A stretch of DNA of 64,000 bases, from assembly GCF_009914755.1 (NCBI RefSeq), contig NC_060928.1. One strand, given 5' to 3'. Source of the stretch: the human T2T-CHM13v2.0 reference genome, Homo sapiens. The notes beneath the pieces were generated by a model that saw only the letters and a list, made by a program, of their open reading frames with translations, was not told the DNA's origin and did not search any database. The translations under genes and the position numbers were made by a program. This document shows positions 32,151 to 47,432 of the stretch, in pieces. Position 1 is the first letter of the stretch; every line of letters starts with the position of its first letter.

Positions 32151-32609
32151 GTGGTTTCTTTTTTGATCTAATGGTTAAGAGTGTGTTAATTTCTATGATT
32201 TTTAAATTTTCCAGTTTTCTTTTTGTTTTTGATTTCTAAGTTCATCCCATTGTGGTCAGGGAAGATATTTTGCTGTCTTTTAAAATCAATTCAGACTTAA
32301 TTTATGACCTATCTTGGAATTTATCCTATGTATACTTGAGAAGAATGTGTATTTCATTGTTGGGTAGAGTGTTCTGTATATGGTTGTTAGATCTAGTTGG
32401 TTTATTGTGTTGTGAAAGTCCTATATTTCCTTGCTTAGATTTTGATGGTTCTATCCACTACTGAGATTGGGATATTAAAGTCTCCAACTATTAATGTAGA
32501 ATTGTACTTCTCCCTTCAATTACGTCAATTTTTGTTTCATATATGTTGATGGTTTGTCATTAGGAGCATACATGTTTACAACTGTTAAACCTTCTTGCTG
32601 TATTGAACC

Positions 32610-32910
32610 TTTTATGTTTTTTATTTTTTTAAGACAGGATCATGCTCTGTCGCCCAGGCTGAAGTGCAGTGGTGTGATCATAGCTCACTGCAGCCTCCAG
32701 TGCTTTGGCTCAAGCTATCCTTCTGCCTCAGCCTCCTGAGTAGCTGAGACTACAGGCACATGCTACCATGCTCAGCTAATTTTTTAATTTTCTGTAGAGA
32801 CAGCGTTTCACTGTGTTGCCCAGGCTGTCTCCAACTCCTGGTCTCAAGGCACCCTCATACCTTGGTCTCCCAAAGTGCTGCGATTACATGCCTGAGCCAA
32901 CGTGCTCATC
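32610..32910 (-). mobile_element. AluJ
   Basis: Antisense dimer. Confidence 0.9.
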
Positions 32911-33103
32911 CTGAACCGTTTTTTAGTATATAATGTCCTTCTTTGTCTTTAGTAATCTTTTTTGCTTTGAAGTGTATTTTGTTGTATACTAGTATCGCCA
33001 TCCTTAATATTTGGTAATTAGTTTCATGGAATATCCTTTCCCATTCTTTCACTTTTAACCTGTTTTTGTCTTTGGATCTTAAGTCTCTTACAGACAGCAT
33101 ATA

Positions 33104-33408
33104 CAGTCATGTATCATTTATGTATGGGTATATGTTCTTAGAAATGCATTGTTATGCAATTTCATCATCATGTAAATATCACAGAAGGTACTTACACAAA
33201 CCTAGATGGTATGGTATAGCCTATTGCTCCTAGGCTACAAAGCTGTTACGGCATGTTACCATACTAAATACTGTAGGTAACTATAACCCAATGGTGTTTG
33301 TATATCTAAACATAGAAAATATATAGTAAAAATACGTTATTATAATCTTACCATTGTATTACCATCCTATGTGCATTCCATCATTGACTGAAATGTTATG
33401 TGGCACAG
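33104..33408 (+). mobile_element. Tigger3/MER7-type DNA transposon
   Basis: TA|CAGTCATG...ACTTACACAAACCTAGATGGTA...GCTCCTAGGCTACAAA, shared with the 19860 copy. Confidence 0.75.
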
Positions 33409-33871
33409 GAGTCTTGAATCATGGTTTTTTAAAACCCATTCTTCTAATCTCTGTCTTTTCACTGAAGTTTAACCCATTTACATTTAAAATAATTACTGAT
33501 GAGGGAATTCTGTCATTTTGCTATTTTCTATATATATTGCAGCTTTTTTTGGTTCCTCATTTCTTATCTGTCTTCTTTCATGTTTAGTTGATTTTTGTAA
33601 TGAAACTTTTAACTTCCTTTCTTATCTTCTTTTAGCTATTTTCTTTGTGTTATCATGGGATTACATTTGACATCCTAAATAAGGAAGCTTCTAACATAAA
33701 TTTATAGCAGCTTAATTTGAAAAAGATACAAAAACTGCTCCTTAACTGCCCTGTCCCCCACCCCTTTCAGCTGTTGATATCACATAATTACATCTCTATA
33801 TAACATGTGTCCAAAACAAACTAAATCTATTAGTCCCTTAAATTAAGTAGAAAACAAGATGTGGAGTTACC

Positions 33872-34333
33872 TGTTGTGAAAATGTTTTCTGGGTATGTGA
33901 CCACAAAGTGCATTGTAGCATGCAGTGACCTAAAAATGCATACCAGTGCTAAAATAACTGCTGCTGTCTGCAACATCCCTCCTCTCCTTAGGAATGTTGA
34001 CCAGACTCTACAAAACCCAAACAGTTCCTGTAAGCAAAGAGTAAACAGATTAAGAAAACAACCAGACGGCTTAACACACCATCAGTGACTTCCCCCGCCC
34101 CTTCCATTCCCTCTTCATGATATAAAAGACTAGATAGGCATGTACTATAAGCACTGAAATCTACCTTGTCTTGCTGCTGCCCAAGGCTGCCTTATAAATT
34201 TCCCCTGGATAAATCTTTGACTACCTGCCAACCCGGAATCATCTGCCTTTTTTTTTTGGTCTGATGGCAAATCAGTAATTTGCCTCCACTTGTAGAGGGC
34301 AATTCTCAGTCCTGGCAGGGAGTTTTCCCAACA
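33872..34333 (+). mobile_element. LTR-like insertion, family not identified
   Basis: TGTTG...CAACA termini, ~460 bp, TATAAAA and GATAAA inside; interrupts old L1 sequence. Confidence 0.45.
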
Positions 34334-34667
34334 AAAGCAAAGTTACAATAACACTAGCTTTTGGCCTAATCATTGGTTTTTGTTAATGTATTGGTCTCAA
34401 GTCATGTTGTAAACAAAAAGTGGAGTTACATACCATTGTTACAATAATACTAGCTTTTATAATTTCCCATGTATTTACCTTTACTTATCTTTATTTCTTT
34501 ATACAAGTTCAGTTACTGTCTAGTGTCCTTTCAACTTGCAGGACTTCATTTAGCATTTCTTGTAGGGCAGGTCTAGTGGTAATGAACTCCCTCAACTTTT
34601 GTTTATCTGGAAAGTCTTATCTTCTACTTCAATTTCGAAGGACAGTTTTTGCCAGGTATGGGATTCT

Positions 34668-34950
34668 TTTATTTTTTTTTTGACACAGAGTTTCGTACTG
34701 TTGCCCAGGCTGGGGGGCAGTGGCGCAATCTTAGCTCACTGCAAGCTCCGCCTCCTGGATTCATGCCATTCTCCTGGAGTAGCTGGGACTACAGGCACCC
34801 ACTACCACGCACAGCTAATTTTTTGTATTTTTAGTAGAGATGGGGTTTCACTGTGTTAACCATGATGGTTTGGATCTCCTGACCTCGTGATCCGCCCGCC
34901 TCGGCCTCCCAAAGTGCTGGGATTACAGGCGTGAGCCACTGTGCCTGGCC
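34668..34950 (-). mobile_element. AluY
   Basis: Antisense dimer with a small deletion. Confidence 0.92.
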
Positions 34951-36234
34951 AGATATGGAATTCTTGATTGATAGACTAAATTTTTTCTTTTACCACTTTG
35001 ACTATATTAGCTCATTGTCTTCTGGCTTCCAAAGTTTTTGATAAGAAATCTGCTGATAATCTTATTGAGGATCATTTGTATGCGAAGAGTCATTTCTCTT
35101 TTGCTGCTTTCAAAATTCTCTTCTGATAGTTTGATTATAATGTATCTCAGTATGTGTTTCTTTGAGTTCATCCTACTTGGTTTATTGAACTTCTTAGATA
35201 TTCATATTCATGTTTTTCATCAAATATGGGAAGCTGTTGGTCATCATTTCTTCAAATATTCTCACCAGCCTTTTCTCTCTCTTCTCCTTCTGTAGTTATC
35301 ACAATGTGTATGCTGATCTGGTTGAGGTATCGCACAGGTTCCTTAGACTGCTTTCACATTTCTTCAATCTCTTTTCTTTCTGTTCCTCAGACTCAATAAT
35401 TTCCATTATCCTCTCTTCAAGTTTTCTGACTCTTTCTTCTAACTGTTCAATGTGCCTTTGAATCCCTCTTGTGAATTTTTAATTTCAGTTATTGTACTTT
35501 TTAGCTCCAGAATTTCTTTTTGGTTTCTTTTAGGTTTTCTATCTGTTTTTGATATTTCCATTTTGTTCATAAATAATTTTCTTGACTTTAAATTCCTTTT
35601 GTTTTTTGAGTCTCTTTAGGTTTCATTTGAATGGGTTACACTTTCCTGTTTCTCTGTATCCTTTGTGATATTTTTGTTGAAAACCAGACATTAGAATTTA
35701 CTAATGTGTTAACTCTGGAAATCAGATTCTTCCTCTTCTCCAGGGTTTGCTGTTTTTGTTACTGTTTTTATTATTTTTGTTTTTTTGATTGTTGTAAGCC
35801 CTCTTTGCCTAAGATGAGTCTGAAGTATAAATCTAAGGTCTTCTCAGAGGTCTTTTCTGAGCCTGCACCATCCCCTAGGCTGTGCCATGACTTTCTGATT
35901 TCTCTCATATATGCAATTGTGTTTATGTCTGGCTCCCAAAAGGGGAAAATGAGAAAAATGAATGGGAGTGGGGAGGGAAACACCAGCTCTTTAATTCTCC
36001 TGGAAGTCACTTCAACCAGAAGGTGAGGGGCTTGCAACAATGGAAGTGCAACAATGGCTAATGACTCTCTGCACCTCTGTGATCACGAGTGGCAGTTAGG
36101 AATCAGAGCACAGATCTAACGTTTTGAGGACAATGTACTTTTTGCCCCCCTAGCTCCTACAAGCTGTGTGCAAACCACTCTAGGAACATGTGCACAGCTG
36201 CGTGCCATGAGATTCAGTGGTAGGAGATGGTTAG

Positions 36235-36561
<327 letters not shown>

Positions 36562-36579
36562 TCTCTTTTCCTTTTTTTG

Positions 36580-37050
36580 GTCTTAAAACAACATGCATTT
36601 ATTTGGGTCACAATGCTATAGATTGGCTATTTGGGCTGGGCTCCGCTGGGCAATTCTTCTGGTCTCTGTTGGACTCATTCCCGCATATTTTCCCCCAGTT
36701 GCTAGGTTGGCTAAGTGTCGGCTATTCTAAGACAGATGGCTCACTGCTGCTCCACATAATCTCATCTCCCAGTAGGCTAGCCCAGGTTTGTTCTATAGCA
36801 GCTGAGCAGGATCCCAGAAAAGCAAGTGGAAGCATGCAAGACTTCTTAAAGGTTACGCTTAAAACAACTACATGATCACTTTCACCACATTCCATTGGGC
36901 AAAACTTCATAACACGGCTAGCTCAGATTCCAGGGTTGAGGAAATAGATTCCACTCTTTAATGAGGGGAGTTACAGAGACACATTGCAAATGAATGAATA
37001 TAGGGAGGAACAGAGAACTGGAGACATTTCTGCAATCCTCTTCAAAGCAT
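36580..37050 (-). mobile_element. Degraded MLT1-family LTR
   Basis: CTTAAAACAACA..TTTATT, GGGCTGGGCTCCGCTGGG, CACTTTCACCACATTCCATTGG, AAATAGATTCCACTCTTTAATG motifs. Confidence 0.6.
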
Positions 37051-37218
37051 TAGCATATATATTTTGCCTTAGGCTTTATTTTCTAAGGGACTCAGGCTAT
37101 GACAGTGTCTATTACACTAATTTTTTTTTAAAGAAATTGACAAAATTTAACCACAATGTACTGTCCAAGTCTTCCTCTGGAAGCTGCAAGTTTCAATAAA
37201 TTCTACAGTTCTAAAATA

Positions 37219-37449
37219 CAGATGGTTCCTTGATTTATGACGGAATTATATCCCAGATAAATCCATCACAAGCTGAAAATATCTTAAGTCAAAAACACAC
37301 TTTTGACATATTATTTTTAACTTACAACGGGTTTATCTGGGACATAACCTCACTGTAAGTCGAGAAGCGTACTAAAATCTATAACATTTTTGGACTATTG
37401 TAAAGTTGAAAAATCATAAGTGAAACCGTCGTAAATCAGGGATTGTCTG
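37219..37449 (+). mobile_element. MER47/Tigger5-type MITE
   Basis: TA|CAGATGGTTCCTTGATTTATGACGG ... CCGTCGTAAATCAGGGATTGTCTG|TA inverted termini with TA TSD. Confidence 0.75.
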
Positions 37450-38042
37450 TACATAAGACAGACTCTGCCAGTGTAATTTTTGTCTAGGTGAGGAGACAGA
37501 TTTCTGGTGCTTCCTATTCTGCCATTTTCCTAGAATCCTCTCCTATTTGTTTCATTTTCATTCATTCTATATTGATTAATATTAAACATCTAATATTGTG
37601 ACTTTATATACTACTTTGGCTGAACTCTCATGTTTCTATTTTTTTTGTTCTCATTGTGATTAATTTCTAAATAGTTTATAAATCTGCAATCACGGTTGCG
37701 ATTTTCTCCTTGACCCAGATTTAAGGCATTTTTCCCTTTAGCTTCCAATTAGATGAATTTCCTTTTATCTTTTTATCTAAAAAATTATTTTTAGTGCTGT
37801 TAACAGAGTGTGTAACTTAAAATTGAGATTTTTTGGGTGTAATTTTAAAAATCAATTTTTATAAATGTTTCCTGGTCATTAAAGGCAACTTCTCTATCTG
37901 CAAGTTATAAAGTTTAATATAGCTGTTAAATCTTGTATTACTACTTAGGTTCTTTTAAAAATTGTCTATTACTTCCCTGCTGAGGTTTCAAATACAAAGA
38001 ATGGTATATAATCAAACAATTTAAAGGTGAGGAGAAAGAGAA

Positions 38043-38489
38043 TGTGATGGTTAATAGTGAGTGTCAACTTGATTGTATTGAAGGATGCAAAGTATTGATC
38101 CTGTGTGTGTCTGTGAGGGTGTTGCCAAAGGAGTTTAACATTTGAGTCAGTGGGCTGGGAAAGGCAGACCCACCCTTAATCTGGGTGGGCACCATCTAAT
38201 CAGCTGCCAGCATGATCAGAATATAAAGCAGGCAGAAAAAACGTGAAAAGATTAGACTGGCTTAGCCTCCCAGCCTATACCTTTCTCCTATGCTGGATGC
38301 TTCCTGTCCTCAAACATCAGACTCCAAGTTCTTCAGGAACTCGGACTGGCTTCCTTTCTTGCAGCTTGCAGATGGCCTATTGTGGGACCTTGTGATGGTG
38401 TGAGTTAAAACTACTTAATAAACTCTCCTTTATATATAAATATATATATCTATTCCATTAGTTCTTTCCCTCTAGAGAAACCTAATACA
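38043..38489 (+). mobile_element. HERV-L 5' LTR (MLT2A, probably MLT2A1)
   Basis: TGTGATGGTTAATAGTGAGTGTCAACTTGATT...CTAATACA, with TATA-like AATATAAA and AATAAA. Confidence 0.9.
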
Positions 38490-38566
38490 GATTTTGGTAC
38501 CAGGAGTGATTCTACAGGAACAGAATATTAAGGATGGAGTTCTTTTGTTGGTTTTGGGGTTTCTGA

Positions 38567-38942
<376 letters not shown>

Positions 38943-41900
38943 TGGCATGAACTTTTTAGAGAGTTATGAAAAATAAATGCGTTTGACACTCCTGATTCAC
39001 CACTTGTGAGAGGCAAGGAGTTTAGTGACTCTATACATAATACCTTTGACTCTATGTGGAGAACAAAGGAACATAATTAAGTTGGTTGGTTGTTCCTAAG
39101 TTCACTGGACAAAGTGAATCCAAAGGGATTCTAACTCCTCGCTCCAGAAGCAGATACTGAGCCTCAAATCTAAGACTGTCCTAAGTGAGAGTCTTATCTC
39201 CTGTAGAGAAAGAACTGAAATTGTGGAAAAACAGACACAAGCTCTTATTAGGCAAGTGGCTGACCTGCAACAAAAGGTGCATGCACAGCCTTGCCAGGTG
39301 TCTACTGTTAAAGTGAGGGCATTGATTGGAAAAGAATGGGACACTGTAAGTTGGAATGGGGACACTGAGCTTGTAAACGCTGATGAACTTTTTTTGCCAA
39401 AAGAAACAGCTTCCCCATCCCGGGTAGCAAGTAGCGGCAACATCCCCTCCCTGACCCACACTGTCATCAGCCTTTCTACCTTTGTCGGAGGAGATAAACC
39501 CTACACTGCCTGAGGCAACAGTGATGGCCTCCCCTGAGGCAGCTGCCAGGCAAGATAACGTTGATTCTCCTCAGGAGCCACCCCCAATACCCTTGTTTGC
39601 TTCTGGATCTATAACAAGACTAAAGTCCCGGCAGGCCCCTAGAGGTGAGGTTCAGAGTGTGACCCATGAGGAGGTGCACTATACTCGAAAATAACTGCTT
39701 GAGTTTTATAATTTATATAAGCAGAAATCTGGAGAACAGGCATGGGAATGGATATTAAGGGTGTGGGACAATGGTGGAAGGAACACAGAGTTGGATCAGG
39801 CTGAATTTATTGATTTGGGCCCACTAAGTGGGGATTCTGCATTTAATGTTGCAGCTCGGGGAGTTAAAAAAGGTTCTAATAGTTTATTTGCTTGGTTAGC
39901 TGAAATATGGATTAAAAAATGGCCCACTATGAGCGAGCTGGAAATGCCTGATCTCTCTCAATTTAATGTAGAGGAAGGGATCCAAAGGCTTAAGGATATT
40001 GGGATGGTGGAGTGGATTAGCCACTTTAGACCTACTCATCCCAGCTGGGAGGGTCCAGGAAATAGACCCAAAACCCCTTGAATGAAGGGGAGGCCAGTCC
40101 CCTTGAGGAAGGACCCCGCTATATTACCGACAATTTATGCTGTTAATCTTTCTCTCATTCTCCCCCAAGAAGATCTCTAGCCTTTTACCAGGGTAAAACT
40201 GTGCACTGGGGAAAGGGAAATGATCTGACATTTCAGGGACTACTGGACACTGGCTCTGAGCTGACGTTGATTCTAGGGGACCCAAAATGTCACTGTGGTC
40301 CTCTAGTTAACATAGGAGCTTATAAAGTTCAAGTAATTAATGAAGTTTTAGCTCAGGTCCAACTGACAGTGTGTCCAGTGGGTCCCTGGACTCATCCTGT
40401 GGTCATTTTCCCAGTGCCAGAATGCATAATTGGCACAGGCATACTTAGCAGCTGGCAGAACCCCCACATTGGCTCCCTGACTGGTAGAGTAAGGGCTATT
40501 ATGGTGGAAAAAGCCAAATGGAAGCCATTAGAGCTGCCTCTACCTAGAAAAATAGTAAATAAAAAACAGTATCACATCCCTGGAGGGGTTGCGGAAATTA
40601 GTGCCACCATCAAGGACTTGAAAGACACAGGGGTGGTGATTCCCACCACATCCCTGTTCAACTCTCCCATTTGGCCTCTGCAAAAGACAGATGGATCTTG
40701 GAGAATGACAGTCAATTATGTAAGCTTAACCAAGTGGTGACTCCAATTGTGGCTGCTGTATCAGATGCGGTTTCACTGCTTGAGCAAATTAACACATCTC
40801 CTGGTACGTGGTATGTAGCCATTGACTTGGCAAATGCCTTTTTCTCCATTCCTGTCCATAAGGCCCACCAGAAGCAATCTGCCTTCAGCTGGCAAGGCCA
40901 GCAATATACCTTTACTGTACTACCTCTGTGGTATATCAACTCTCTGGCTGTGTCATAATCTTATTTGGAGAGAACTTGATCTCTTTTTGCTTCCACAAGG
41001 TATCACACTGGTCCATTACATTGATGACATTATGCTGATCGGATCCAGTGAGCAAGAAGTAGCAAATACACTGGACTTACTGGTGACACAGAAGATGGAA
41101 AATAAATCTGACTAAAATTCAGGGACCTTCTACCTCAGTAAAATTTCTAGGGGTCCAGTAGTGTGGGTCCTGTCGAGATGTTCCTTCTAAAGTGAAGGAT
41201 AAGTTGCTGCATTTGGCCCCTCCTATACCAAGAAAGAGGAACAACGCCTAGTGGGCCCATTTGGATTTTGGAGGCAACACATTCCTCATTTCGGTGTGTT
41301 ACTCTGGCCCATTTACTGAGTGACCCGAAAGGCTGCCAGTTTTGACTGGGGTCCAGGAGAAGGCTCTACAACATGTCCAGACTGCTGTGCAAGCTGCTCT
41401 GCCACTTGGGCCATATGACCCAGCAGATCCAATGGTGCTTGAGGTGTCAGTGACACCTCAAGGGATGCTGTTTGGAGCCTTTGGCAGTCCCCCATAGGTG
41501 AATCACAGTAGAGGCCTCTAGGATTTTGGAGCAAGGCCCTGACATCTTCTGCAGATAACTATTCTCCTTCTGAGAGACAGCTTTTGGCCTGTTACTGGGC
41601 TTTGGCGGAAACGGAACGTTTGACTATGTGTCATCAAGTCACCATTCAACCTGAACTGACTATCATTAACTGGGTGCCTTCTGACCCATCTAGCCGTAAA
41701 GTGGGTCATGCACAGCAGCATTCCATCATCAAATGGAAGTGGTATATACGTGATCAGGCTCGAGCAGGTCCTGAAGGCACAAATAAGTTACATGAGGAAG
41801 TGGCTCAAATGCCCACGGTCTCCACTCCTGCCACCCTGACTTATCTCCCGAGCCTGCACCGATGGCCTCATGGGGAGTTCCCTATGATCAGCTGACAGAG

Positions 41901-43273
41901 GAAGAAAAGACTAGGGCCCGGTTCACGGATGATTCTGCACGATATGTAGGCACTACCCAAAAGTGGACAGCTGTAGCACTACAGCCCCTTTCTAGGACAT
42001 CCCTGAAGGACAGCAGTGAAAGGAAATCTTCCCAGTGGGCAGAACTTTAAGCAGTACACCTAGTTGTGCACTTTGTATGGAAGGAGAAATGGCCAGATGT
42101 GCGATTATATACTTATTCATGGGCTGTAGCTAATGGTTTGGCTGGATGGTCAGGGACATGGAAGAAGCATAATTGGAAAATTGGTGACAAAGAAATCTGG
42201 GAAAGAGATATGTGGATGTATCTCTCTGAGTGGTCAAAAACTGTGAAGATATTTGTATCCCATGTGAGTGCTCACCAATGGGTGATCTCAGCAGAGAAGG
42301 ATTTTAATAATCAAGTGAATAGGATGAGCCCTTCTGTGCATACTCAGCCTCTTTCCCCAGTTACGCCTGTCATTGCCCAATGGGCCCACGAACAAAGTGG
42401 CCATGGTGGCAGGGATGGAGGTTACATATGGGCTCGGGAACATGGACTTCCACCCACCAAGGCTGACCTGGCTACGGCCACTGCAGAGTGCCCAATTTGC
42501 CAGCAGCAGAGACCAACACTGAGCCCTCGAAATGGCACCATTCCTTGGGGTAACCAGCCAGCTACCCGATGGCATGTTGATGATATTGGACCTCTTTTAT
42601 CATGTAAAGGGTAGAGGTTTGTCCTCACTGGAATAAACACTTATTCCAGATATCGGTTTGCCTATCCTGCATGCAATGCTTCTGCCAAGACTACTATCTG
42701 TGGACTCACAGAATGTCTTATCCACTGTCATGGTATTCCACACAGCATTGCCTCTGACCAAGGCACTCACTTTATGGCTAAAGAAGTGTGACAGTGGGCT
42801 CATGCTCATGGAATTCACTGGTCTTACCATGTTCCCCCGTCATCCTGAAGCAGCTGGAATGATAGAACGGAATGGCCTTTTGAAGTCACAATTACAACAT
42901 CAACCAGGTGACAACACTTTGCAGGCCTGGGGCAAAGTTCTCCAGAAGGCCATGTATACCCTGAATCAGCGTCCAATATATGATACTATTTCTCTCATAG
43001 CCAGGATTCACAGGTCCAGGAATCAAGGGGTGGAAGTGGCACCACTCATCATCACCCTTAGAGAGTCACTAGCAAAAGTTTTGCTTCCTGTTCCCATGAC
43101 ATTACGTTCTGCTGGCTTAGAGGTCTTAGTTTCAAAGGGAGGAACACTGCCACCAGGAGACACAACAGCAATTCCATTAAACAGGAAGTTAAGATTGTCA
43201 CCTGGACACTTGGGGCTCCTCCTACCTTTAAGTCAACAGTCTAAGAAGGGAGTTACAGTGTTGGCTGGGGTGA

Positions 43274-43617
<344 letters not shown>

Positions 43618-44093
43618 CAGTCTACTACTTTTAAGTCAACAGTCTAAGAAGGGAGTTACAGTGTTGGCTGGGGTGATTGACCTGGACCATCAAGATGAAA
43701 TCAGTCTACTATTCCACAACTGAGGTAAGGAAGAGTATGCATGGAATACAGAGATCTATTAAGGTGTCTCTTAGTATTACCATGCCCTGTGGTTGAAGTC
43801 AATGGGAAACTATAAAAGCCCAGTCCAGAAAGGACTACAAATGGTCCAGACCCTTCAGAAATGAAGGTTTGGGTTACGCCACCAGGAAAAAAACCACGAC
43901 CTGCTGAGGTGCTTGCTGAAGGCAAAGGGAATACAGAATGGGTAGTAGAAGGCTAGTCATCCATACCAGCTACAACCAAGTGAACAGTTGCAGAAATGAG
44001 GATTGTAATTGTCCTGAGTATTTCCTCCTTTTGTTAAAAACATGTTTGTGCATATATACACTTGTACTAAGAAAATATCTTCATTTTATTTCC

Positions 44094-44810
<717 letters not shown>

Positions 44811-45023
44811 TCCTTTTATCATGGGACATTAAGATTTACTTCATATCAGCATTTAAGTATTGTTAACTTTATGTAATAGCATTTGGGTTGGGGACTGGTG
44901 TGTTTCCAGCTGTACAAAGGATAGTTGTATTAGGTGTAATTATGACATTATTATTGTCTTTATTTGAAGATTATGAATGATCTCAGGAGATATGTATGTG
45001 TTTAAGTTGACAAGTGGTGGACT

Positions 45024-45469
45024 TGTGATGGTTAATACAGTCAACTTGATTGGATTAAAGGATGCAAAGTATCGATCCTGAATGTGTCTGTGAGAGTGTT
45101 ACCAAAGGAGATTAACATTTGAGTTAGTGGGCTGGGAAAGGCAGACCCACCCTTAATCTGGGCGGGCACCATCTAATCAGCTGCCAGCACGACCAGAATA
45201 TAAAGCAGGCAGAAAAACATGAAAAGACTAGACTGGCTTAGCCTCCCAGCCTACAGCTTTCTCCCATGTTGGATGCTTCCCGTCCTCAAACATTGGACTC
45301 CATGTTCTTCAGCTTTGAAACTCGACTGCCTTCCTTTCTCCTCAGCTTGCATATGGCCTATTCTGGGACCTTGTGATCATGTGAGTTAATACTACTTAAT
45401 AAACTCCATATATATATATATATATATCTCCTATTAGTTCTATTCCTCTAGAGAACCTGGACTAATAAA
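45024..45469 (+). mobile_element. HERV-L 3' LTR (MLT2A, probably MLT2A1)
   Basis: Direct repeat of the 5' LTR, preceded by a purine tract. DUX4 motif TGATTGGATTA at 45047-45057; donor GTGAGT at 45381. Confidence 0.9.
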
Positions 45470-46149
45470 GAGAACGAGATAAAAGAGGAAACAACAGAGG
45501 CCATGATTGCACTTTTTACATATATCAAATATTGGCAAGTCTGCCATCCTAGCTTCCCATCTGCCTACAAGTGGGCAGAGCCATTTTTAACCTTTCTTAC
45601 TGTGAACATACTTCAATTCACTTAGAATTCTTGAAGTCCAGGCCAAGCACCTCTAGGGTAAAATTTAGCATTCTGTTTTATCCAGGTGTTCACTAACGGT
45701 TCCATATTAATTTGCTTCTGCAGATAAAGTATAAATTCCTCATGGGCTAAAATCACACCTTATTTTGTATCTTCCCCTTGCACCAACCACTAGCATAGTA
45801 CTGAGTACATAGTTCAAATGCCATTAACTCCACAGTGATCCTACCTATGAAGATATGACTTGAAGAATTCTGAAACTCATTAAGCTAACCTATACAAGGA
45901 TACTAATTTACTATTTATATACTGAAATTAAAGCCCTAGTATGATGTCTGGGGTTACCAAACACAGTGATATAGTAATTTGGTGGAGGCCAGCAAGGCCA
46001 ATGCCATACTTCTCAGGGTAACTGGAATTGTGTCTTCAAAGGAGAAGTAATTCCCACTATCAACTGGGAGGTACAGGGTATCAAACTTGTGAGAAGAGCC
46101 CTTCTGTAGGCTCAAGGAGTGCCAGTGGCATTCAAGGAGGAGGGAGGGA

Positions 46150-46342
46150 GAGGATTTTTGTCCCCAAGGGGCATCTAGCAACATTTTGAGACAGTTTTGG
46201 TTGGTGGTGGGGTGCTACTGGGATTTACTGGGTAGAAGCCAGGGATGCTGATAAAATAAACATCCTACAATGCACAGGATAACCTTCCACAACAAAGAAT
46301 TATCTGACTTAAAATGTCAATAGTGCCAAGGTTGAGAATCCT
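46150..46342 (+). mobile_element. MER20 hAT DNA transposon
   Basis: GGGTAGAAGCCAGGGATGCTG..AAACATCCTACAATGCACAGGA...AAATGTCAATAGTGCCAAGGTTGAGAA. Confidence 0.85.
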
Positions 46343-46553
46343 TTCTTTCATAGGCAATCAAGGGAATTCTTTGTCCTCTGTGCTCAGACCTGAACTTAAA
46401 GAGTAAAATTATCTAAGAGCTGTTTCTGAGTAAGACAAGTTACGAAATGGGCACTGTCATCAGGAGGTGGCATATCTAGTTAAAAAAAAAATTCAGAAAT
46501 TGAGTAGTCTTATTTTGTATATAAGATTATCCTTATGCTATTCTGTTTTCTAC

Positions 46554-47432
<879 letters not shown>

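Noticed and set aside
31738-32239. ORFs over the GC-rich insert
   Set aside because: Chance frames across a non-coding snoRNA/host retrocopy.
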